A DNA stretch of 32,179 bases from Mitosporidium daphniae. Its lineage: Eukaryota. Positions 24,310-32,179 of the stretch are shown here, piece by piece. Position 1 is the stretch's first letter; the number at the start of each line of letters is the position of its first letter. Below the pieces are notes generated by a model. That model made no database searches. It worked only from the letters and a program-made list of their open reading frames with translations, and was not told the origin of the DNA. A program made the position numbers and the translations under genes. Location: NCBI RefSeq assembly GCF_000760515.2, contig NW_013546278.1, positions 1 to 32,179 of the forward strand, written 5' to 3'.

Positions 24310-25333
24310 ATGGCTACATTGACGGTTGAACATGAGGAGGGTGACATGCATCGCAAGCTACGGTACGAGAAGCTCAAAAGACTTGGAGAGGGAACATATG
24401 CTGTGGTCTATCTTGTACGTGATAGGGTCACCAATCAACTTTATGCGATGAAAAAGATCAAAAAAATATCTGGCTCCTCGGGACTGGACTTTTCGGCACT
24501 GCGGGAAATCAAATGGCTCTCCCATTTGCGACACCCAAATATTGTCAAGGTAATTTACTTTTCACTTTTCTTCTAGTTGGAGGAGACCTTCATCGCCAAG
24601 GCACACATCCACATGGTCCTCTCACATGCATCGTGGGACCTGGAAATGTTGATCAAAAGCAAGGAAATTGTCTTTATGCCCTCGGATATCAAAGCCTGGA
24701 TGCTGATGATTCTAAGAGGGCTAGACTACTGCCATCAAAACTGGGTTCTACACCGTGTAATCAGACTTTCTAATGCATAGGATATCAAGCCATCCAACAT
24801 GCTCATCCAAGCTAATGGCACCTTACAGCTTGCCGATTTTGGGCTTGCTCGAGACTATGCAGTGCCACGCACCCCGCTTTCGCCAAATGTCGTCACTAGA
24901 TGGTACAAGGCTCCGGAGCTTCTACTTGGCTCAACGCATTACACGCAAAGTATTGACACGTGGGCTGTTGGGTGTATTTTTGCAGAGCTGATGCTGAGAA
25001 AGCCGTATCTGCCCGGAGACTCGGACCTTGAGCAGCTAAAGCTTATTTGTAAGGCATTGGGAACGCCTACGAGAGAAAGCTGGCCAGGGATAGATTCCCT
25101 TCCCGATTGGGTAGAACTTCCCTTCTATGGTCGGCCAAACCTCAATTTGCAGTTCAGTGCTGCCTCTGCAGATGCTATTGATCTGCTCTCAAAGCTTTTG
25201 GAACTCGTTCCCGCAAATAGAATAACGGCCAGAGAGGTTGGTTTATAATTTGCTCATTTATTAGGCGTTGATGCATCCGTATTTTATAAACATTCCGCGC
25301 CCAACCCCGGTTGATAAACTACCGAAGCCCTAG
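24310..25333 (+). CDS. CDK7: TFIIH/CAK kinase Cdk7 (Kin28)
   Basis: GEGTYAVVY, GLDFSALREIK, DIKAWMLM, WVLHR|DIKPSN, LADFGLAR, NVVTRWY, GCIFAELMLRKPYLPGDSDLEQL; three introns; TAG at 25331-25333. Confidence 0.93.
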
Positions 25334-25392
25334 CGATGTTGTGCGGGGCCATTGGATTCCTTGCTTATAGACTGAAGGATACCCTTTAGCTC

Positions 25393-25686
25393 TTAAAATT
25401 GGACTGTTATCTTACCTATATATTCAGAAATTGACTGGAGTGGCCGGCCCTCTCGCAGATGCAGCGGAATTTCCGGCAATATTTCCTTAAATAAATGGTC
25501 GATAAATACCTGCAGATGAATCCCACCGTGGTTTGATGATGTGCACTGATTTTGGTTGGCTTCCTTAACGATGAGGTCTATTTTTTTCATCAAATCTTTG
25601 ATCTGGTTTAATGCTTGAAAGCCCTTGGACACCAAAGGGTTGGTGATTTTGTCCTTGCCCTCGTTGATGATGGTGAGGCGACACAT
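25393..25686 (-). CDS. Small hypothetical protein; 3' end uncertain
   Basis: ORF of about 97 codons containing two 24-nt intron-like GT..AAG segments. Splicing the second would extend it to a TAG at 25319, overlapping the end of CDK7. Confidence 0.45.
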   Translation of the reverse strand: MCRLTIINEGKDKITNPLVSKGFQALNQIKDLMKKIDLIVKEANQNQCTSSNHGGIHLQVFIDHLFKEILPEIPLHLREGRPLQSISEYIGKITVQF

Positions 25687-25779
25687 TTTCACTTTTGAAT
25701 GAAAAAAAGAATTACGGGGAGATCCTGATTTTGGAACTAGTGAGCGGGCCCGCGAGAAAGATAAATTTTAATTATTAAA

Positions 25780-26329
25780 ATGGCCATGAAAGAAGGTGAG
25801 GCGCTCTAATCCAACTTTTTTCTAGATGAGCTGCTGAAAGAGCGCATCCTTAACGACGACAAGCTTTTGAAACGGATCCTAAAGCTATCCCTTAATAATG
25901 AAAAATTTGATGAGGAAGAGAGGCAATATCACTTGCTGATGGAAAAACATCAGATCATTTCCAGAAACACAGAAGCCGAGATTGCGGCCATGGCAGCACA
26001 GATAGATTCCCTGGTCATCAAGGAGCAATCTTTGCTAGAGGAAATTTCTACAATGTCGCTAAATATCGAGAATGAAAAGCGGATACGCGATATGAAGTCC
26101 GAATGCAACGCCATCTATGAGGAGCTGCAGCGCAAGGCATCGTTCAAAATGCTCAAGGAGTGTTTATCGATTTATTTATTTTTTGTCTAGAAAGTCGCAA
26201 AAGCTCGTTGTGGATATGAGCACAATAGAAAAATCGCTTGTCAGCTCCAAGGGTGAAAGTACGGCAAACAAAGATAGCATTTCCGCCCTTTTGAATGAGC
26301 TGGTGCAGGCGTTTAACAGGCTCCCATGA
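25780..26329 (+). CDS. THOC7: THO complex subunit 7 (Thoc7/Mft1)
   Basis: MAMKE|DELLKERILNDDKLLKRILK...EKRIRDMKSECNAIYEEL coiled coil; introns of 30 and 31 nt. Confidence 0.72.
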
Positions 26330-26345
26330 TCACTAGCGGTTCTAT

Positions 26346-27963
26346 TTAAGGTTCAAGAAATAAACAACAAAGATAAGAAAGCAAAAAGAGAACCACTTTC
26401 TCATCCAGACAATGGCGCGGTGACGACATTAAGGCTTCTTTGCTGATGATCGAGGGAAGCCGGCCCTCCATTGACTTTATAAAAAAGTGCATCCAATTAT
26501 TTTGCGGAGGTGGTCTTTTCCCACAAGACTCGTAATGTAATAGGAGGGCAGAAAAAAGCCGTCCATCGGCGAAACTAGACGAAAAATCGTGAACAGGCAG
26601 TTTGTTCATCACCTGACCGATGATCCAGCACCACTCAAACAACAAAGAAAGGTGTCCCGCTTTGGCATCTGCAAGTTGGCAATGTACCTCACGCAACTCA
26701 ATGGAAGAAGGTGGGGTTTCCTTTATGGGTTTCTTTTCATATAAAAGAGTTATCTCCTTTTGGAGACTTGAATGAGATATGAGCGCTGGAACTTTCCAGC
26801 TGCAAACTATTTTAAAAAGAAAAGCAATGGTCTTTTCCTTGTGTCCATCGACTATATCCTTGGTCTCGATTTCTTGCACTGACCCAAGGGAAGCATTTAG
26901 CACTTGAAAAGAGAACCCTCTCTCCCGAAGTAGCCTAAATATGCTACTCATATTTGACAAGTGAAAGGGTTTCAACACTTTCATTGGAAGTGAGAGGAAC
27001 GATGAGTCGCTTGTTACTTTGGCCAACAACCGAGAAAGCTGGATACCGTCTCTCAAATCAAGTGAAAGCTGGCTAATGTGGTATGCGACCGCGTCGCAAG
27101 GTTTTTGGGTATACGCAAAAACGGCACCATAAAGTGAAAATTGCCTCACAATATCTCCCTGAGGCTGCAGGATTTTTTTGCAAAATAGATTCAAAAAGTC
27201 TACTGAACAAAAGTCACATGCTATTTTGTAAGGGAACATCAATACCTTTCTCTTTGAACAGGAGTCTAGGTGCAGATAGCTGCAAAGAATGCATTTTTGA
27301 GCGCAGGAGATCTAATAAGTAAATAAGAAGAAGTGCATTGAGAATCGCAGATTGCGAAAAGCCCAGTTTGTGGGCCACATTTGAGGCTGGAAATATAACA
27401 TCAAGGAAAACTTTTCTTATGTTTGGATATTCGCTTGGGTGGAAGTAGTTTCCAGATAAGACCTCAAGCCCGAAACGGAGCCACCATTCGGAATAGGTCA
27501 AAGTAAACATCGAGACTACATCTTCTCTCGCTACAACATCGTAATAAAAGTTTAGCGTTGCGCTTAACGCTATTCGTTTACACTCGAATTCCTTCTGAAG
27601 CTTTGATCTAAAATAGGGAAAAGGCGAATTGAGGAACAAATTCTCATTTGTGCCATTTTCGTGATTTGATGCAAAAAGTTTATTCTCTAAAGTGGAAATC
27701 TTCTGTCCTGAAATGAGCTTTGAAGCCATGTCGTGGTTGTGTTTGTTAACATCGTAGTCATCAATTTCACGGGAAAAGTTGTTTTGAAGAACATCCTCAA
27801 GTTGAGCAAGCTCAAAGTTGATCCAATTTAGAAACCCCCTTTCCATGGGGGTTTCGTCCCTATAAGTGGCGCATTCCTCTTCTGCGTTTTGTGCAGCAGA
27901 AAACAAAGTAGACGAAAAAGACTCCAAATACGAATGCGTAGGTGGAATCTTTCTCTTGGACAT
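26346..27963 (-). CDS. ASPM: Abnormal spindle (ASPM)-like protein, CH domains only
   Basis: ERGFLNWIN, YSEWWLRFGLEV, GDIVRQF...YTQKP...LSLDLRDGIQLSRL, DIVDGHKEKT, DFSSSFADGR, DEKVVLFLLSYLC; a 25-nt intron joins the two ORFs. Confidence 0.85.
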
Positions 27964-27982
27964 TGAAATGTTAAATTAAAAT

Positions 27983-29500
27983 TTAATCGTCAAATTTAAA
28001 GTGCTTTGGCTTGATGCTGGGATCGATCTCTTTGTAGTGAGAACCATAATCTTTATGTTCTCTTTTTTTGGTAGCGGTACCAAAAGCCAGTAGTTCCTGG
28101 GGTACGTCCTGCCCAGAGTTTCTAAGAACACCAATAAGCTCGCCCGAGTGGTTCTTATCCAATGGGGAGAATATTGTATGCGCAACACCAGAGCGACCGG
28201 CCCTGCCAGTTCTACCGATTCTATGAACATAATCCTCAATTGTCAGCGGAAATGTATAATTAATAACAGTCTCAACAAAGGGAATATCTAAACCTCTAGA
28301 TGCAACATCTGTAGCAAGAAGAATCAAACTTTTTCCATCTTTAAAGGTGGCTAGCGCAGAGGCTCGAGCAGATTGAGCCTTGTCCCCATGAATTGTACTG
28401 ACCTTGTATCCCTTTTTCAGTAGCACTTGTTCTATTCTATCTGCCTCCTTTTTATATAGGACAAATAAGATGATCTTTCCACTCGAGTATTTGGAGAGTA
28501 ATGAAAAAAGAATTTTTTCTTTTTCTTGATGATCGTCGACAACGGTAACTATTTGCTTTATGGTAGACCCTCCTTTTAACGAAGAGGGGGAAAATTGTGA
28601 ATTATCGGTGGAAGTTAAAAGCTCTGATCTAGAGGTAACGGAGATGCGAACAGATGGACCCTTTATCAGGGAATCTGCCAGCCTCTTTATGGTCGAAGGC
28701 CAAGTGGCAGAGAACATCAGAGTTTGCCGAGAAAGGGTGGAATCCATCGCATTTACGATCCTCTTAACGTCTGGAGCAAATCCCATGTCAAGCATCCGAT
28801 CTGCCTCATCAAGTACAAAATAAGAGACCGTAAACAAAGATAGTTCGTCCTCAGATAGGTAATCCAATAAGCGACCTGGTGTTGCAATCAGAATCTGCGG
28901 CTTTGTGGATAGGAGATGGGCTAATTGGGACGAACGATCGACACCACCGTAAATTACTGTCGACTTGATGGGCTTCTCAAGGAAGCCTGTGGCCTTTTCG
29001 ATAGTCTCTCCAATCTGGATGGCCAATTCTCGTGTCGGTGCCAAAATAAGCACATCAGGGGAATACTTCCCATTTGGCACGTTTTTTTTGGTCCCTGACA
29101 AGTGAATCACCTTCGCAATTGCAGGGATGCCAAATGCGATTGTCTTTCCAGAGCCAGTTTCGGCAATACCAACTATAGATTTGGAAAAGGTGAGAGCATA
29201 TGGCCAAGTTTGGCTCTGAATAGCAGAGGGGATATCCTCAAACCCATCGCAAATCTTTAAAAGCCCCTTTGGAAGAACAGCAGAAGAGTCGGAGAACCGG
29301 ATAACCGGTTTGAATATTTCTGCGCTTTGTCCGTTGGAATCGCCAGTATCGACGGAAATATTCTTTTCTTTTCTGAAAATAATAGCCTCTTCCTCAGATA
29401 TTTTGGATAAATTCTGAAGTAGCTCCAAATACTGGACAGAAGTTGCATGTGGAGGCGAAGGGACTGAGGTGCCGGTCTTCTTTACTTTGGTCTTTGCCAT
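27983..29500 (-). CDS. DBP3: DEAD-box rRNA-processing helicase Dbp3, intronless
   Basis: AETGSGKT, PTRELA, DEAD, SAT, HRIGRTGRAG, and the Dbp3-type C-terminus VPQELLAFGTATKKREHKDYG...KFDD. Confidence 0.93.
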   Translation of the reverse strand: MAKTKVKKTGTSVPSPPHATSVQYLELLQNLSKISEEEAIIFRKEKNISVDTGDSNGQSAEIFKPVIRFSDSSAVLPKGLLKICDGFEDIPSAIQSQTWPYALTFSKSIVGIAETGSGKTIAFGIPAIAKVIHLSGTKKNVPNGKYSPDVLILAPTRELAIQIGETIEKATGFLEKPIKSTVIYGGVDRSSQLAHLLSTKPQILIATPGRLLDYLSEDELSLFTVSYFVLDEADRMLDMGFAPDVKRIVNAMDSTLSRQTLMFSATWPSTIKRLADSLIKGPSVRISVTSRSELLTSTDNSQFSPSSLKGGSTIKQIVTVVDDHQEKEKILFSLLSKYSSGKIILFVLYKKEADRIEQVLLKKGYKVSTIHGDKAQSARASALATFKDGKSLILLATDVASRGLDIPFVETVINYTFPLTIEDYVHRIGRTGRAGRSGVAHTIFSPLDKNHSGELIGVLRNSGQDVPQELLAFGTATKKREHKDYGSHYKEIDPSIKPKHFKFDD

Positions 29501-29600
29501 GTAAAATGAAAACAAGTAAAAAATTTAATTAAAAACTCGCAATAGATCCGAGATTTAATTTGCTGGATTATCCTCCACCCAAATATTTAATATGCTTGCC

Positions 29601-30098
29601 TCAATCGGAGAGCGAAGATAACCCCGAATGCTCAGAAAATGACCATTCATCACTATATCTGGTAATACCATGCTCAGGGACATCTGGGTCCAGTAGTTTC
29701 AGTATGGATTCGTGCTGCAGTTTAAAAGGGTCTACTACATCATATTTTAAAATGGAGGCAGATCGAGAACAGGCCGTTCCAAATCCAGAAAGATCATTGG
29801 TCGGTATGGAGTCAGAAACCTTTTTAATAGAAATCAAGCAAGAGGCACTTTTTCTTGCTATGATTGGTGAGCTATTCAGGTCGATCCTTCCCACAATTGG
29901 TGGGATAACACTTTTTTCGCTGCTTTCTTCTTTTTTAGCTTTGAGACACTTTGATGGGGAAATTGTATTTGAATGGGAGCCTCTAGTAAATATCCCGATT
30001 CTATTTCTCAGCATTCGAAGTGGGTGTTCGTTTTCAACCACAATGACGCTTTCGTTTTGCCATTGTGGAATGACTCGTTTTTTTGTGCGTACCCTCAT
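29601..30098 (-). CDS. 165-aa hypothetical, largely disordered protein
   Basis: Intact ORF preceded by AAATTTTTACACAAC-ATG; no family recognised. Confidence 0.6.
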   Translation of the reverse strand: MRVRTKKRVIPQWQNESVIVVENEHPLRMLRNRIGIFTRGSHSNTISPSKCLKAKKEESSEKSVIPPIVGRIDLNSSPIIARKSASCLISIKKVSDSIPTNDLSGFGTACSRSASILKYDVVDPFKLQHESILKLLDPDVPEHGITRYSDEWSFSEHSGLSSLSD

Positions 30099-30128
30099 GT
30101 TGTGTAAAAATTTGGCGTCTCCTTTGAA

Positions 30129-30169
30129 TGTGTGTGTGTGTGTATGTATGTGTGTGTGTGTGTGTGTGT
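30129..30169. repeat. (TG)n microsatellite, about 20 units with two TA interruptions
   Basis: Read directly from the sequence. Confidence 0.95.
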
Positions 30170-30340
30170 ATAGAAATCCTCATCTGGTCGGTCAGTGCTG
30201 TAATTTGAAGGGTTTAAAGGCCATTAAAAATGTCCTGATTGATGTCTACGCTTTGCAGACTGCAAATTTTAAAATACCTTCAATTTAGCCAGCAAGATTG
30301 CAAGGTGTTTATTAATATCGGGCCATTAGCAATTTTGGAC

Positions 30341-32179
30341 ATGAATTGGGGTCGCCTACGTGCATCTCTCTCTTTGAGACGGTTTTATTCCAAGTTTACT
30401 ATTGTTGATCACTCTTATGATGCTGTTGTCGTTGGTGCTGGCGGTGCTGGACTTAGAGCCGCATTTGGACTTGCCCAGGCTGGGTTTAACGTCGCCTGCG
30501 TTTCAAAACTCTTTCCAACCCGTTCACACACCGTTGCTGCACAGGGAGGCGTCAATGCCGCGCTTGGAAACATGGGCCCGGATGATTGGCGTTGGCATAT
30601 GTACGATACTGTGAAAGGCTCCGATTGGCTTGGAGATCAAGACGCCATCCATTACATGTGTAAAGAAGCGCCTCGTACCGTTATCGAGCTCGAGCATTAT
30701 GGCGTTCCGTTTTCGAGGACACCTTCCGGGACAATATATCAACGCGCTTTTGGGGGGCAGTCTTTGAACTATGGAAAGGGCGGTCAGGCCTACCGCTGTG
30801 CTGCCGTTGCTGACCGCACTGGGCATTCAATTCTTCATACGCTTTATGGCCAAGCTCTTCGTCATAAGACAAAATTTTTTGTCGAGTACTTTGTCCTTGA
30901 CTTAATTATGGACGAAGATGGCTCATGTCGTGGTGTCATTGCCCTAAGCATGGAGGATGGCACCATTCACCGCTTTTTCTCCTCTTCTGTTGTTTTGGCA
31001 ACCGGAGGATATGGGAGGGCCTATTTCTCTTGTACTTCCGCCCACACGTGTACTGGAGATGGAACCGCAATGGTTTCCAGAGCTGGGCTACCGCTGCAAG
31101 ATTTGGAGTTTGTTCAGTTTCACCCGACAGGCATATATGGTTCAGGATGTCTTATCACTGAGGGGTGCAGAGGGGAAGGTGGATTCCTTTTGAATGCAAA
31201 CGGTGAACCTTTCATGGCTAGATATGCGCCTACAGCCAAGGACCTTGCATCGCGAGATATCGTTTCTCGAGCCATGACTATTGAGATTGCGGAAGGCCGA
31301 GGAGTGGGTCCTGAAAAAGATCACATCCTGCTCCAACTGTCCCATCTTCCTAGCGAAGTTCTAAAGGAGCGACTTCCTGGAATTTCTGAAACGGCAGCCA
31401 TATTTGCTGGTGTTGATGTCACCAAGGAGCCCATTCCCGTGTTGCCAACTGTCCATTACAACATGGGCGGAATTCCGACGCGCTACACTGGGCAAGTTCT
31501 TACAGCGGATAAGTCTACCGGTATTGCCTTCTAATCCTATCAAATAGGAAAGGAAACGTTAGTTTCAGGTCTATATGCTGCCGGAGAGGCTGCGTGTGTC
31601 TCTGTGCATGGGGCTAATAGACTGGGAGCCAACTCATTATTGGATATTGTGGTCTTTGGCCGTGCCTGTGCTCAACATATCCAAGAGACAACGAAACCTG
31701 GAGGTAAATCTGGAGGTAGAGTGGGTGTATATACTTTTCTTTAGCATCAGTAAAGGTCGCTTCGGTCGATGATCCTTCGTCAAGCACATTCAAGACCTTG
31801 CAGAATTTAGAGAATCTGCTTTCCTCGAAGGGCGATCTTTCGACAGCCCAAATTCGGCTTGCTATGCAAAAAACTATGCAAAAATATGCTGCGGTGTTCA
31901 GAACACAAGAAACCCTTGACCAAGGTTCAAAGGAAATCCTTGAAGTTGCACAGCAGTTGAAACGACTCAAAATCTCGGACACTTCTTTGATTTGGTATTT
32001 TTCCACTTCTTTTATCTAGGAACTCTGAATTGATCGAGATGCTTGAGCTACAAAATTTGATGACCAATGCAGTGCAGACAATGTTTGCTGCGCGTGAGAG
32101 AAAAGAGTCTAGAGGCGCCCATGCAAGAGAAGACTACAAAGAACGCGATGACGAGCGATTCCTCAAACATACCAAATCA
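30341..32179 (+). CDS. SDH1: Succinate dehydrogenase flavoprotein subunit (3' partial)
   Basis: Presequence [40 protein letters not shown] (FAD His), [37 protein letters not shown]; three short introns; an alternative ATG lies at 30242. Confidence 0.97.

Noticed and set aside
29560..30288. 242-aa plus-strand ORF
   Set aside because: It has a TTG start, reads through the TG repeat (VCVCV) and is antisense to the better-supported 29601-30098 gene.

Overview
Ultra-compact eukaryotic (fungal-lineage) chromosomal DNA. It holds about 27 protein genes, mostly 1-200 nt apart, one tRNA-Asn gene and roughly 50 inferred GT-AG introns, nearly all 23-41 nt long. Recognisable genes: SHQ1, HSP90, GNA1, a DYRK-like kinase, TAF11, proteasome alpha7, DAM1, U1-C, a bacterial-type DHFR/RibD_C protein, short RNase Z, TRS31, PRI1, MCM4, CMC2 (missed by the ORF track), CDK7, THOC7, an IQ-less ASPM, DBP3 and SDH1. 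Tiny introns and AAATTT signals just before start codons, combined with respiratory mitochondrial genes, suggest an early-diverging microsporidian relative such as Mitosporidium or another Rozellomycota member (inference). Most notable: an EGF-like/rhomboid pseudoprotease starting 10 nt after a tRNA and ending in a telomere-type repeat; a small PIP/UIM (SLX4-MLR-like) protein; a symmetric 58-nt PRI1/MCM4 promoter with an E2F site; a likely horizontally acquired DHFR-family gene; and two stretches that look like decayed genes. No transposon, CRISPR array or rRNA was seen. Exon boundaries were assembled by eye and family calls come from motif recognition, not database searches.
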